Positions 1 through 16,660 of a DNA stretch of 64,000 nucleotides are shown in pieces. Source of the stretch: Lama guanicoe (taxonomy: Eukaryota); contig MU054212.1 in the NCBI GenBank assembly GCA_013239625.1, positions 434,001 to 498,000 on the forward strand, given 5' to 3'. Below the pieces are notes generated by a model. That model saw nothing but the letters and a program-made list of their open reading frames with translations. It did no database searches and had not been told where the DNA came from. A program made the translations under genes and the position numbers. Position 1 is the first letter of the stretch; every line of letters begins with the position of its first letter.

Positions 1-99
1 AAGTTTAGGAAGCACTGTTCTTTAAAGGGTCCTTTTAAGTTTATCTCCTTTAAGTATGAAAATATAATCATCTCTGTTCCCTTTCTTTCATCTAAATAA

Positions 100-300
100 T
101 GTTTTTTGGAATTGGCAGCCACCAGTCTGCTTTCTGTCCTTACAGATTTACCTATTCTGAATAATTTATATAAACAGTATCATATATGTGGGGTTTGAGT
201 TTGGCTTCTTTCACTTAGGCTATTTTTGAGGTTCATCCACATCATAGCATATATCAGTATTCCATTCTTCCTTAAGAATAAATAATCTTCCATTGTATTT
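100..300 (-). mobile_element. Old L1 3' fragment (L1MB/ME-like)
   Basis: Contains ctgctttctgtcc...gatttacctattctg...ggttcatccacatcatagcat, typical of an antisense L1 3' end. Confidence 0.6.
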
Positions 301-311
301 ATGTACTTTAA

Positions 312-440
<129 letters not shown>

Positions 441-889
441 TAATTTGGGGCATTTTGGTAAAAACTTATAAACTGTCAGTGAGATTCTGTTACAGTAAGT
501 TCCATATATTTGAACTGTTTCTCTCCCACGGCTTGTTACTCTGGTTGTATTAGTTTTTATTTAAAAGGCTGTTTCCCCCAGTTTATGACCAGTTGAGGGC
601 TTTTGGCTTTATTGGAGAGAGATGGGTATTATCTTCAGGTTCTTTCTGTACTTCTAGCAAGCAGTACTTGAGAGGTCGCAGCCTTGTTACTCTGCCCCTT
701 TAAAGATCCAGTCATGCCTTCGAGGTTTGCATTTTCAAAAGCTGGATGTTGTATCAGATCCACTGTAAGCTTGAATGAGCCTCCAAGCTTGTGTCATGTC
801 TTGTTTTTACTAATTTCAGAATATCCATTAACTGACAATACCTACATTTATGTAGCATTTTGCTTTTTAAAAGAGCTTTCAGTATTAGA

Positions 890-1050
890 TACATATATCA
901 TATTTAATTTGTCATCATAGTAACTCATTAAAATGGGTTTTATTACCCCCATTTTTTACAGCTGACAAAACTGTAGCATCACAGAGGTTAAATGTCTTTT
1001 TAAGGCCACACAACTATTAAGTATTAGAGCCAGAGCTCTTACCCATTCTG
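890..1050 (-). mobile_element. MIR SINE fragment
   Basis: attacccccattttttacagctgacaaaactg...cagaggttaa...aaggccacacaact matches the MIR core. Confidence 0.6.
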
Positions 1051-1074
1051 TGTCTTCAAACTTAACTCTAAGGC

Positions 1075-1668
1075 TTTCTTTTTTTTTTTTTAATTGAAGT
1101 ACAGTTAGTTACAGTATGTCAATTTCTGGTGTACAGCATAATGTCCCAGTCATGCATATATATACATATATTTGTTTTCATGTTTTTTCATGAAAGGTTG
1201 CTACAAGATATTGAATATAGTTCCCTGTGCTATATAGAAGAAATTTGTTTTTATCTATTTTTATATATAGTGGTTAACATTTGCAAATCTCAAACTCCCA
1301 AATTTATCCCTTCCCACCCCCTATCCCCTGGTAACCATGGATTGTTTACTATTTCAAGTCTATTTCTGTTTTGTAGTTGAGTTCATTAGTGTCCTCCTTT
1401 TTTTCTTTTTCTTTTTTCTTTTTTTAGATGCCACATATGAGTGATATCACGTGGTATTTTTCTTTCTCTTTCTGGCTTACTGCACTTAGAATGATGATCT
1501 CCAGGTCCATCCATGTTGCTGCAAATGGCATTATTTTTAATGGCTGAGTAATATTCCATTGTATAAATATACCACAACTTCTTTATCCAGTCATCTGTCG
1601 ATGGGCATATAGGTTGTTTGCATGTCTTGGCTATTGTGTATAGTGCTGCTATGAACATGGGGTGCATA
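1075..1668 (-). mobile_element. 5'-truncated lineage-specific L1 (3' UTR + ORF2 C-terminus)
   Basis: Poly-T at the left end. Minus-strand ORF 1386-1667 reads PMFIAALYTIAKT..QP.CPSTDDWIKKLWYIYTMEYYSAIK, the L1 ORF2 C-terminus. Confidence 0.92.
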
Positions 1669-2083
1669 TTCTAATGTTCTTTCTACTACCACATCCTTTT
1701 CCTCTGCTAAAGGCAGCCTGGGTCTTAAGTTATGTTCAGTTTTCTAGGGTAAGAATTTTGTTTCTTGCAGTTAACTCAAGATAAGATTTCATAACAACAG
1801 AATTTGGGTCCCCAGTGGGATTTATTAAAGTATGATTCTCTTATATAGTGATTTTATTTAAGTTACTTAGAAAAAATATATATAGATGGAATATCATGGT
1901 ATTGAGATAAGTTTGCTGTATCATTTTCCTGCTTTTTTGTCAGCCAAATAAAGAGAAACCTGCAGTTATACTGTGTCTTAAACTTTGGTTAATGGTCTGC
2001 CTCTAATATGTGAATAAGACCTTACTATTAATAATTCTGTATTAGCAAAAGTTTTCTCATTATGCCTGTCTTATAATTTTTAG

Positions 2084-3052
<969 letters not shown>

Positions 3053-3104
3053 TAAATGGTTGTTTGTGATTTCACCTGGATGCTAATAATTCTTTCTGCT
3101 CTAG

Positions 3105-3434
<330 letters not shown>

Positions 3435-4081
3435 TAGACATCTTTAATACCTCCTGATAGGTGATTTTATAAATGTATCTATTTTATGTAGTTATTTCTT
3501 ATTTTCTTTACAAAAGCTTTAAAAAATTTAAACTATACAGACTTTTAAAATACAAAAAGTGGAAATTTATCATGCAGATCTTGTTCCTCACCCCATAGGT
3601 CTCCTGTCTTTTTCTCTGCATTTACATATGTATCTATAAACATATGCATGTATTTTTTATGGGTTATTAAACTCTTGTTTGAAAACAGTGCTCTAATATA
3701 TATGTGAATCTTTTCATAATTTTGCTGTGTTTAAAAGGAGACTTTTTGGGTTTTTTAGCCACCAAATATTTCTGTGCTTCACATTCCATACTTTTTCTTT
3801 TACTCTTCATTGTAAACTTACTCCTTCATTCTGGGTTTATTTTCCTTTTTTCCTAAAGCACATTCATTAGTTATTCTTCCAATGAGGGTTTTAGTCTCTG
3901 TAGAAAGACTTTATTTCACTCTCATTCCTGATTTTTTAAAATCTTTTTGTTTTTATTTTTTTCTTGGTTGCTCTAGGGATTGCAGTATACCTGCTTAACC
4001 TTTCACAGTCTACATAGAGTTAATGCTGTACCACTGTATGTCCTGTAATTGAAAACTCCTCCAGTGTTACAATTTTAACTT

Positions 4082-4872
4082 AATTTTTTTAATTGAAATA
4101 AAAATCAGTCAGTTATAAAATGTACAGTTCAGTGGTTTTGGTCTAGTCACAGAGTTGTGCCACTATCGTATAGTCTAAGTTTAGGATATTTTTTACACCC
4201 TAAAAAAACCAGTACTCATTAGCTAGCAGTCATTCTCCATCTCTCTCCCTTCTTCCCTAATCCTAGGCAACCACTTAATCTACTTTTTGTCTCTATAGAT
4301 TTGCCTATTCTGGAGTTTTCATATAAATGGAATCATACAATATATGATATTTTGTGACTTCTTTCACTATTTCCTTTTTTCACTATTATGAATAATGCTA
4401 GGTTGAGCATTGATACACAGTATTATGTCAATGTATGTTTCATTCTTCTTGAAGTCTCGATAGGAGTAGGATTGCTAGGCCATCTGCTAACTCTGTTTTT
4501 AACCTTTTAAGAAACTATCTGACATTTTTCCAAAGTAGCTGCGTCATTTTACATTCCCACCAGTGGCATGTAAAGGTTCTAATTTCTCCACATCTTCACC
4601 AGTACTTGATACTGTCTGTCTTTCTCTGGGTGTGAAGTTGAATCTCATTGTGGTTTTGATTTATTTGCCTTTTCCTGATGGCTAATGATGTTGAGCATCT
4701 TTTCATGGGCTTATTGGCCATTTGTGTATCTTTGAAGGACAGTCTATTCAGATCCTTTGCTTAGTTTTAAATGCAGTGATTATCCTACCGAGTTGTAAGG
4801 GTTCTTCTTATATCCTAGATACAAGTCCTTTACCAGACAGGATTTGCAAAACTTTTCTCCCATTCTGTGGGT
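4082..4872 (-). mobile_element. L1 3' fragment (L1MB-like)
   Basis: Antisense L1 motifs aaatgtacagttcagtggtttt..., tttacattcccaccag..., gatgttgagcatcttttcatg. Confidence 0.85.
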
Positions 4873-4943
4873 CCCATAATGTTTTAAAGTGATGAGAATT
4901 TTTAAAATCCGTTCTAATTGTATATTTTTTTCTCCTTATCTAA

Positions 4944-5039
<96 letters not shown>

Positions 5040-5938
5040 TAGAAAGTAGAACCAAAGCCCGTATGGTTATTCCAGTCCATTATGAGTCACCCTGCTCTCC
5101 TCACTAACTCTGTGACCCTGAGATAACCATATACCTCTCATATACTTCATTTATTTATTCTGAAAACTAAGAAATAATACTACTTATTATTCCAACTTGA
5201 TAGTATTTTTGAAAGAGTAATAATATTTTCTGACTTTAAAGATCTTTGCTTAAAAATACAGGTTTAAAATAATGCAAAATGCTAGTTACATATTTTAAAT
5301 AATTTCTTTATCAAAATAATCCATCATATTCCTTGATTAACTTCATCTGCTCTCAAGAAAAGAATTTCATTTTCCCAGTTGGCTATTTTTTAAAATACTT
5401 CGTATTTTTTAAAATTAAAATTCATAGCAGAAATAACTTTTTTAGCTTATATTTAGGTTCTACATAGTTTGAGGAGTTCTCTTTCACTTGGTAGCATGTT
5501 AATAAGTATTTAACAGTTGCTAGAGTAATATATATCTGTCAAGAAATCAAACTTGATCAATGAAGTTTTGTTCTTGGTGTACGTTGATGTTTATTTCTGA
5601 GAGGCCGATTGGAGAAGACAGGAGAAGTTCCAGGGATTTTGGTAGCACGTAACTCTCTTCCTTGGTAGTAGTCCTTTTCCTAGGCTTGAGAGAATTGCTC
5701 GTGTTATGGGTATGTAGAAGCTAAAAATGTTTTACAGGCAGTTAAACCAAAATACGTCTATATTCCTAAAGGCTAAAGGTAAATATAACTTAATGCTACT
5801 AAGATGTAAGTGTCGCTTAAAAAAATAGTTAAAATGGTTACATTTATGTTATGTATATTTTATCCCCCCTCAAAAAAAGTAAATGTAAGGCCACAGGGAA
5901 TAATTGTTAAAATTTTGAATTTTTAAATGTTTATTTAG

Positions 5939-6064
<126 letters not shown>

Positions 6065-6280
6065 TGATTTTTTCCTTAATTTTAATACAAATGTGGAGAG
6101 GAGTTTATAGTCATTACCATTGCACTGATGAGCACAAGTGACCCCTGCACCATAAACCAGTTCCCCCCCCCCGTTCTCATAACACTAGAGTTCTCTTAGT
6201 AAAGCTTAGTTTCAATACTTCAGGAAAAAAACATCTTTAGTAAAAATAATTTTTATTTCCGAAAGAATTCAAGTAGTTTC

Positions 6281-6480
6281 CAGGAGCCAGCAAACTATGG
6301 CCGGCTGCCAGTTCTGTAAGTAGTGTTTTACTGAAACCCAGCCTCACTCACTTGCGTATTTATTGCCTGTGGCTGCTTGCGTGGCAGAATAGCAGAGCTG
6401 AGTAGTTTCTGCAGCGACCCTGTGGCTCCACAGGTCTAAAGTATTTATTAATCCTTTAAGAAAAAGTATGGTGACCCCTG
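6281..6480 (+). mobile_element. MER58A-like hAT-Charlie MITE
   Basis: Termini caggagccagcaaact...agtatggtgacccctg. Internal gcagagctgagtagtt matches MER58. Confidence 0.85.
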
Positions 6481-7489
6481 GTTTAGATAATTTTCTATAA
6501 AAGCTGTAAAAGGGACTCTTGAGACTCCTGTTTTAGAAATACGATTTTCCGAAGCAGTTTGATAAGGAAAGGGGTGGGGGCGGTCCACTGAGAAGTCTTG
6601 GTACAGATCTGCAGATTAGCAGTAAACCAGGAATGATGGTGCATATAATGAGCGCTATATTCTGCTTCTGTAGAAAGGGGGATTTGGCTAAACTAGCTCT
6701 TTGTAGTGAGAAACTCTTAATTCTTCACCTGACGCCTTGATTTTCTGAAAGAGGCAGAGTAGGAATGATGGAAAGATTTTGGTTGGCACCACCTTAGCAA
6801 CATTCGTAACTACAGGAGGCACATGACATGAGATGAACTAGACTGGGAATAGCTGTCATTCGTCACCCTTATGTGTTGAAGGGTTAGGACCTGCCTAACA
6901 TGAGGATGCAGTGCTAAAAGCAGAGGCATTTTCCAGTGATCATCTGTTAAAAACTGAGGACATTCAGACTGTGTCATTTCCATCTTCTGCTGAACATTCT
7001 CTAGTCTACCTGCTCAGGGCCCAATAATAAAACAGCCAGTCTTGTCCTTGCTTCTTACGAAACACCTTCTCTCTCACTGCACCAAATGCAGCGAGAGAAA
7101 ATTTTAATAGCCTTTGTCTTAATTCTTTGTTCTTTAGTAATGAATAATTATCCGTATGATCAAGTAACTGGCTGCCTATGTTTAGAGGACAGTACCTGTT
7201 AAAAGAAAAACCTTAACAGTGATTTATTGTCTTTTTTTATAGTGAAGGACACTTAACTTCCTTCTTAAGAAGAGAACTTTGCTTTTAAATTATTTTATTC
7301 GTGGTACCAGCTCCTGATAATGTTTTCCTCAGTGTTGTAGAAAAGGCGAGAACTAAATTATGATAGCTTTAGTTTCAAATATATCTAGTTGATCTAAGAA
7401 GATGATAATTTCCCAAATAGATTTGAAGCAAGTATCATATGGAGGTGAGGTAGTAATTTTGACTAAATAAAGTGTTACGAATATTACTG

Positions 7490-8000
7490 CTATATAGTAA
7501 CTCACTCCGATGATACAGAGGGTTAGAAACACCACCACCACCTTCTCGTCTTTCGTAGTTTCCATGCCTCAGGAATTCAGGAAGGGCTGGGCTGAGTGTT
7601 TCCTGTCTCAGGGTATGAGACCGGTACAGGCAGACAGATGGTGGCTGGAGCTGGAATGGCAGAGGGCTCTTCAAATGGGAGAGACATGGCATCTTTCTCC
7701 TCATTCTCTCTGGGCTTCTACATATGTATGATCCTTCCACATAGCCTGGGTTGAGTTTCCTCATCACGTGGAGACTAGGCTCCCAGAGTGACTGTCCCCA
7801 AAGAGCAAGGCAGAAGTGCATGGCATTTTTGTGATCTGGACTCAAAAGTTGCAGAGTGTCACAAAGACCTGCCCATGTTCAAAGCAAGAGAGCATGGCCC
7901 TCACCGCTCAGTGGGAGGAGTGCTAAGATCACATTATAAGAATAGCACGTGCAGTAGGACATATTGTTGAGCCCATACTTGGAAAAAAACAGTCTACCTA
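7490..8000 (-). mobile_element. MaLR LTR (MLT1H/J-like)
   Basis: Motifs caggaattcaggaagggctgggctg, gagcaaggcagaagtgcatggc, gggaggagtgctaagatcacatt. Confidence 0.65.
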
Positions 8001-9034
8001 TTTTACCCAGAAGGCAGATATTTTAAAAACCTAGAACTGGTTGAAAAATAAAACATACCAATAAAACTCCCAATTACTGCTAATATTGCTATTCAGAAAA
8101 CGTTTTTACATCTCTGGTCTGTGTTAGACTTACTAGATGCTGTGATAGATCAGAACGGATATAGTCTCTGTCCTCAAGTATTTTATAATCAGAAGTCAGA
8201 CCAAGAGAAAAAGGAAGCCCGTAACGTACTGTGATTCACTAACAGCATATACAGAATGCTTTGTTTTGGGAATGCCCAGCACACTGCCTGGCATATAGAA
8301 GTTACTTTTACTTACACGTTTGACCCTCAAAGTGAAAAACAAACACATTTTTAACCATCAAGACCCAATTCTCTGTTGGGAGCTGGAGATAGCAGTAAAG
8401 AGAACAAAAGTACCTACCTCATGGAAGTTACACTGTACAGACGAATGTGGCGTGGTGGACGATGGTAAGTGGCAGTGCCAGAGAAAAGCGAAGCGGGGCG
8501 AGCTGCTAGAGCACCTGCACTGGGGAAGGCGGTAGTCATTTCACAGAGTAATCTTGGCAGGCTTCAGTGTTGTCACATTTGTTAGCCAACTGGATCTATC
8601 TGTGTTTTTAGTAAACTGATGTTTTTAAAAATGGTGATTATTTAATGGAAATGTAGTTAGTACTCTGAAGATGAAGTTGGCACTTTGCATATCAAATATG
8701 GAATTGAATTCATTATTTCTATAGCACTAAACTACCAAGTGTTAATGATAATGCAAGAAAATACTTTTTCTACCACGTTAGAAAAATAAGCAAATAAAAA
8801 TCTATCAAGATTTTAATGTCAGTCATTTATACACAGTTTATTTAAACTTAATATTTTTCACCATTTATTATGCCGTGTTTTCTGTTCCTCACAATTCCTT
8901 TTGGTAATTCCTTTTGGTTTAGCATGAATTATACATGAGGTGATACAAAAAGATTTTTTTAATGTTTATAATGACAATAACAAAACCTAGCATTTTCTTC
9001 ACACGTATAAAGGATATTTAAAGGCATAACATAA

Positions 9035-9373
<339 letters not shown>

Positions 9374-9784
9374 TGAGTTTAATAAATTAAGTCATCATGC
9401 TAATTAATAGAGGCTTAATGAGGTATCAACAATTAAAGTTTCATTTTTCTTGAATAAACTTTTTTCAGTTTTTTTAAAGATAATTTCATATTAATAGAAG
9501 AGTTACAAAAGATAGTTCAGAGGGTTCCTCTATACCTCTTACTCAGCTTACAAAAATTTTGAGAAAAAATCTTTATTGAGTAATAAATTGTTATAATTGA
9601 ATGAAAAGAGAGGTCAGAGAAACAAAGAAGAAACCAGGAAAGGAAACTGAGAAGTTGCTGCATCCTGTGAAGTAGGAGGAACATGAGAGTGGATGGTGTT
9701 CTGGAAGCCAAGTGAAGAAGATGCTTCTGTAAATTCATTATTCCCAGCCTCGACCTCTCTCTCCTGAACCTCACACTTGAATCA

Positions 9785-10530
9785 GGGATGGAGATACCAC
9801 TTCACACCCACAAGAACGGTTAGAAAGGCTGATGATATCTAGCGTTAGCAAGGGTGTAGAGTAGCTGAACTCACAGCATTGCTAGTGGAGTAGAAAACTG
9901 GTTATACTTTGGAAAACAGTTCAGCAGGATTTTTTTTTAACAGCTTTATTGAGGTTGGTCAGTTTTTTGTGAAGTTAAGCATATACCTCTGCTGTGACCC
10001 AGCAATTCCACTCCTAGGTATATACCCAAGAAAAATGAAAACATGTTCACGGAAAGATGTGTTCAAGAATGTTCACAGCAGTGCTATTTGTAATAGCTCA
10101 AAACTGGATACAACCCAAATGTCCATCAGCAGGTGAATAAATACAAATTGTGGTATGCTCACGATGGAGCCCTACCTCACAGCAAGAAAGAGGGAACTAC
10201 TAGACTCAGTGTGCATCAGTCTCCAAAACCTGTTGAGCTAGACGAATGCAGGTGATGAAAAAGAATACATACTACGTAATCCCATTGATACAAAGTTCTA
10301 AAACAAACATAATTAAGCTATGGTGACAAATTAAATCAGTGATTTTGGGGAAGAGACACATAAGAGGACACTCCTGTGCATGAGAAACAACGGAATAGGA
10401 AACTTTCAGGGGTGATGGAAGCGTTCTGTGTCTTGTTTGGGTATCAGTTACACTGGAATATACATTTGTCAAAATTCATCATAGTACACTTAAAATCAGT
10501 GTGTTCTGTATGTAAATTATACAATAAAGT
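9785..10530 (+). mobile_element. L1ME-like 3' fragment flanked by L2 remnants (~9600-9780 and ~10545-10960)
   Basis: ORF remnant DPAIPLLGIYPRKMKT. Ends in aaattatacaataaa. Confidence 0.8.
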
Positions 10531-11430
10531 AGATTCTTTCAAAAAGTCCTCAGTGACTTCCCATTGCACTTCAATAAAATTCAAACTCCTTTTGGCTTCC
10601 AAGACCCATCATGATCTGGTACCTGCTCACCTCTCAAGCCTCATCGTCCCCAACACTTTTCTTTATTTGCTAAATCTCAACCACATTAGCCTCCTCTTAG
10701 TTCTTAAAAGGTACCAAGCTTTTTGCCATCTACGACCATTAGCTAGAATTTTGCCGATTCCTACCTTTTCTCATGGCTGACTTCTTTTTATTCATTAGTT
10801 ATTACCTTATGTGTTCTTCCTCAGATAGCCTTAGCTGTCTGCTTGCTTTGATGTTTCCCTCACTACAGGGTAAACTCCATGAAGACAGGAGACCTGGTTT
10901 CTCCTGTTTTACATTTTATGTCCAGAACTTAGCACAGTGCTCAGTAAATTTTACTTGAACAGATTGATAGCAGTTAGCTGTTTGAATCTAGACAACTTGG
11001 GATTCAGTCCAAGGGCTCTACTTCTTATTTTGTCACTAATTTTCTGATAAATTTTTTAAATCTTTTTATTTCCTAGTTATAAATGACCTTAAAGACACTA
11101 AAAATCAACAGAATAAGTGAAACAGATTAAAAGCTGTCTTGATATTATTGTTTGGTGCCAAATTATAATAGGCATCTGAGTGGTTCTTTTAAAGTTTAAA
11201 ATACTTTTATAGTTATGATTTTTATCTCTTCAGTAATTCTGAGTTGAGATAATTAAAAGTCTTATTATTATACAGATGAAAAAGAATTAGTTATAGAAAA
11301 TTTAAACCAATTGCCTAGGGACCTAGAGAATAAAATTCAATAAAGACAGAAGTTTTGATACATGTCCTTTTTTTTCCTCAGAAAAGTTACGTTCTATGTT
11401 CAGTTTGTGGTATGTTTGTTTTATTTACAG

Positions 11431-11494
11431 CTCATGGTGATAAAGATAAAGTCAAACAGAAAGCATTTGTGGAGCCATATTTTAATGATGAAAG
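11431..11494 (+). CDS. RBBP8: RBBP8 coding exon (64 bp): (T)HGDKDKVKQKAFVEPYFNDE(R)
   Basis: ttacag| acceptor, |gtaagt donor. Phases 1 and 2 fit the neighbouring exons. Confidence 0.94.
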
Positions 11495-12199
11495 GTAAGT
11501 TGGTCTGGGTTAAGACCAGCAATGCGATTGGAAGTTCAACAGAACTGTCTTGTCAGAGTATCTCTGATTAAAACTGCTACTTTGGTTAAAATAGAATGTA
11601 TATCATTTACTTTATGATCATAACAGAAATGAACTCAAGTATGAAAAAATTTGACAAATTTTTAAAATAAGGAAATTTTTACCACCATTTTTTTTTGATA
11701 ATGGTAACAGTTATTTTCTCTGCTTTATTATATTTTATTCTTACTCTGTTTTACTGTAAACTTTATTTGAATTTCAGGAATTGAACACTGAATACTGTAA
11801 CTTTTATATAGTACAAACTTTAGATGGTGAGCCTTAGGTTGTGTTCCAGAATTATTTTAGGAGAATTTTTAAACTTTAAAAAAAATTGTAAGCATCTTGA
11901 TTTTAAACCATAATGATACTTTTTGCCTTTTATGTAAATATTGCAAATTCTGTAACTTTCAGTCATGTACTTTTCATTCTAGGAGTGAATTAAGGCATAG
12001 TAATTCATTCAAAAAAACTTTTTATGCTTTTTTTTTCTATAAGTTATGATGTTGGCAAGTTAAGTCACTTAGTAAGTGAAGTTATTCCTTATACTTTGAT
12101 TTGTCAGAAATTTTAGAAATCTGACAGGCCAAGATAAATTTTTATTGATTCCTGTAGGACTTTAATGGATAAGAGCTATCATTTGGTTGCTAAATGATT

Positions 12200-13400
12200 A
12201 ATTCTTTTTATTTACCAGTTTTCCAAAGAAATAGTACTGTAGCATCTCACATGTGACTTGAGAGTGTCTTGTCTAAGCATCATCATGAACTCATGAATTA
12301 TATTTGATGTGTTTCAGTCCATTGCAGTTACCACCCTTACTGATACTCAGATTGTCCCATCTTTGCCCAGCTTCCTTGCTTCTGGTATAACATGTTCTGG
12401 GCTCTCTTCCGCATTCTCTGCAGTAGGCTAGAATCTGCCATTTCTCCAGGAGCCCTGGTTTCTTTAAGTTAAAAATGGTATTTAGGTCAGTCTTACTGCT
12501 AGGGTTGCTTACTGCTGCAGTTAGCCATTGTTTCTAGACCTTTTAGGTGGGCATTTAGAAATAAAGTTTTTGTTACATTTTGGTTTTTTAAGATAAACTA
12601 CATTTGTTCATAGATAGCTGCAGTCAGGATTTCTCTGTAACCTCCTGTGTCACATCTCTATCTACTTTCCCGCCTACTGAAAATGCCACTTCTGTGCCAC
12701 CAGCATCATTCCTCTGTTCCACAGAAGAGTGTCAGAATAATTCAGACTATCACCAATAACATGATTTATGAAAATGGTTTAAGACTTATTTTTGTCCTTG
12801 AGATTTATCCTGTCAGAAATGTACAGTCAAATCACTGTTTTCAAGTCACTTAGGATAATTATTTTCTATGTAGTTATGCCACCAACCCAGTATCCATGTT
12901 TATTTTGCTTTTGATTTTTTAGAATTTTTCTTATCTTTTTTTTAAGGAATTATATATATGATACCAGAGGCTTCAAAAAAGGGTTTATTCTAGTAAGTCT
13001 ACTGTCCTTATCCCTTTCATTTTGTTAATCTCCTGTTCCTACAGATGACTGTCTGTTAAAGATGTATGTTTTTCCATCCATTTCAAAAAATAAAAGCAAA
13101 TTTCTATCTATATATCTTGATACTGATAACAGATGTAGGTAATGCTATACATGCTTTTCTCTACTTTGCTTTATTCATTTAACTGTATGTCCTGGACATC
13201 ACTCATGGTAGTACATAGTGATATTCCTCATTTTTTTAGTTTCATAGTATTTCATTGTTTGTACCATAGTTTGTTCTAGCAGTGAGCATTTGGGTTGTTT
13301 ACAGTTATGCTCGCGTGCATAGTGCTGCAGTGAATAGCCTTGTGCATTCTGTTTTCAAATTATTGCCTGTGCTTCTTTGGAATAGATTCCTAGAAGTAAG
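12200..13400 (-). mobile_element. Old L1 (L1MC/ME) fragments
   Basis: Motifs gctcagattgtcccatctttg, ccatttctccaggagccctggtttcttt, catttgggttgttt. Confidence 0.55.
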
Positions 13401-14784
13401 ATTGCAGACTAAGAACTGTCATTTCAAATGTTTCATAGTAGAAGTTCACACTGACTTTTTAATACATGAGTAATTTTATTTATTCTGAAACCATTAGACA
13501 GCTGCAGATAGAGGAGGTGGGTAAAGATATAGGGATGGTAAAAGCCTCAGTTAGCCTGGTTCCTTTCTCTACCGAGAGTACCAGCAAACCTGGGAAGATG
13601 GGTTGTGTTGTGTCAGGGACAAGCAGCTCAGTAGCCTTGCAGGTGATGCTTGGCGTCCGCTGCCGCTGCCAGTCTGCTAGTGGGTTCCCTGCGGCATTGT
13701 GGCACACCACAGAAACGGATAGGATTCAGAGGATAGGATATGGCTGAATTTATTCTCTATAAACTTAAGACTCCATAAACTATTGGAAAGAAAATAGTCA
13801 TGGCAATATTTTTTATGTTGTTTTTTTTTTTAATTCACTGCTTCAGAGTTGAGAGTTCTTGGATTTAAGCATGAAAAGGGCCTGATATGTTTTGAAATTG
13901 AGCAGTTAAAACTTTCTTTCGAGAAAAGTGCTTGCCAACTAGAGGGTCATGTGGTGAAAATACCTCAGGCGAGTAGATGTGTTACCCACAAGCCATTCTC
14001 AAAACCAGTTTCTGTGAGTCACACTGTTGAAGTTCACTGGGGATGTTTCTGTTATAAATAAATATATATTGATGTGACAGAAGTCTTCCTTTACTTACTT
14101 CTAAGTTTGGAGTTTTCTGTATTGGGCTTTTAAAAGCAGGATACATGTGTATTAATAAAGAAATGTTCATGCTTCCTGGTTGCATTTTCTTACCAAAGTA
14201 CTGGGTACTTTATCAGTCCATACCTCAGTGGCTTCCAGCCTTCCTAGGTATCCAGTGGTTCATGACAGATCCAGTCCATCTAAGGACAAGCACAAATGGT
14301 AACTGTGCCTCATATCTGCAATAATTTAGGGTGGACGGAAGCAGCCAAAGAGATTTTTAGAGAAAATAGCAAATGACATAGAAACGATTCTATTCTTTGG
14401 GAAGAGTAGGTTAGCCCTGATATATGGGTTCTTAGAACCGAGTTAGCAGAGGTGATATTCTCGCTCTCGGTTATGTTATAGAATACCAATTCCTGAGTTT
14501 AATAATACAGCATTCCTTTATAAATAGGTTATTTTATGTTTTACCTCCCAACCTAATCATTGTTTTCAGCCACCAGAGGTGAAAATAGGAAGTAATAGTT
14601 ACCTTTTTCATTTAGAGAAAAATACCCATAAAAATACCTGGTGTATAAGTAGGCACTTAATATTTTAGCCAAGAATGAGTGAAGAAATTCTTGGCTTTTC
14701 TCACATACTGAGGAAGCATTTCAAATAAAATGAATGAATGTTTTGGGATTATTTCTCATCTGGATGTTCACCTTTGTTAATTGA

Positions 14785-15033
<249 letters not shown>

Positions 15034-16204
15034 TAACAAAATGAATACACAGAGGACACACACACTGGCTAGAACCTGAGAGAGAAATAGATGAAAACGA
15101 AGGCCCTCAGTTTCTCTGAGGTGCTAAGTGCATCTGGAGCCGAAGCACTGGTCCTTAATTTCCAGCTTAAGACATTTGTGCCATTTGTCTTCTCTGTATT
15201 TATTTGTATTTCTTTTAATTTTTCCCCCTTGTATTATATTACAGAATAGGCTCTAATACAGATACTATTTGGGGAAATTTTTGATGTTTCAGTAGGAAAC
15301 TTTGCTATAGTATTTTTTACTTAAACACCAGCCTCTCAGGAAAGAGGTACACTCATAATTGTTTTCTTCTAAATAACTAGTACAAGCACAGGCTCTTATT
15401 TTTCCCCCGAACATTTTCCTTTCTAAACGAAATATGATGAACAGGCTCTCCTTCATCCTTAGAACAGTTACATTACCCTTTTATACACTGGGTGTCTTGG
15501 ACTAGGTAAGTATGTCCTGAAGTAGACAGTACTGTCCTGTTACTAAATAGTCCTAGGCAGGTTCTGTGTTCTTGAAACGTGCTGTTTTTATTTCTTCCCT
15601 TGCTATCCTTTAGCTGTTGGATGCTTGCTTCCAGCAATGTCCTTCCCCTTTTAAATTTTCTTTTTAACAACTATGGCTAGAAAACTTGGTAACCAAGCAC
15701 ATTAAAGTTATGTATGAATAGATTACAGTGCAGGTAAGCATTTGGTGAGAAATGTGCTCTCATACACTTAACAGTGGGAGTGTGAACTGAGATCACTCTT
15801 TCAGAAAGCAGTTTGGTGATACAAACAAAACCTCCAGTGTCAGGAGTCCTCATAAAACAAATTGAATATATCATAATTTCTTAACTAAGGAATATGGTCT
15901 GCACTAAATAAACCTCCAGTTTTTAGTTGCTACTGGAATACTGCCAATTAGGAAAAAAATCTATTGCTGGAAACAGTGTTATTTGCTTTCCTTCTCTCAG
16001 GAATCACTTTCTGTGCTGTAATCCTGTCTCTGAAAACATTATTTCATACATTTTATTCTATTTAAGTTTTTTTAAGGTAGAAGGTAAATCTATTCTGTTA
16101 CTCCCTTATGACCAGGAGTGCAAAGTGCCAGTCCCGTGTATTTAAATATTGCCTGTATGCTTACAGTTCGTGAGTTTTTCCCGTTGCCTGTTCCAATGGG
16201 GAAT

Positions 16205-16660
16205 ATGTTACACAGGTGTGGATGTGTAACGGTCATCTCAGATTTCACATGTCCAAAAGTGAACGTAGTTTCTACCTCCAATTCTCAGCCCTCACCTCTG
16301 AGCCTTCCCTATGTCCATTCTCCTTGTTGTGTAAACCAGAGGTCCTGTAGTTACCCTCTGCATTTTTCTTTCATATCTCAGTAACGGATCTATCAGCAAA
16401 TCCCACTGATTGTACTTTTAACAGCAATGAATGGTCTTTTTTCCGTCTTTTTTTCCTAATGATCTTTTTAGAACAAAAGTTAAATCATGTCACTCCTCTG
16501 CCCAAAACTCTTAAATGTCTTCCTCTCTCATTAAGAAATGGAATCAAAGCCCTTATCAAGGACAGCAGACTCATGCCCCACTTCCTGTCTGACTTCATCC
16601 TCTTAACACTCTCCCACTTGACTGCTGTGTTATAGCTACACTAGCCTACTGTTGTTTTCA
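16205..16660 (+). mobile_element. L2 fragment
   Basis: catctcagatttcacatgtccaaaa...aatcatgtcactcctctgcccaaaactctt. Confidence 0.6.

Noticed and set aside
1386..1667. 93-aa ORF (and similar ORFs at 9909, 26252 and 28267)
   Set aside because: These are decayed L1 ORF2 C-terminal fragments, not host genes.
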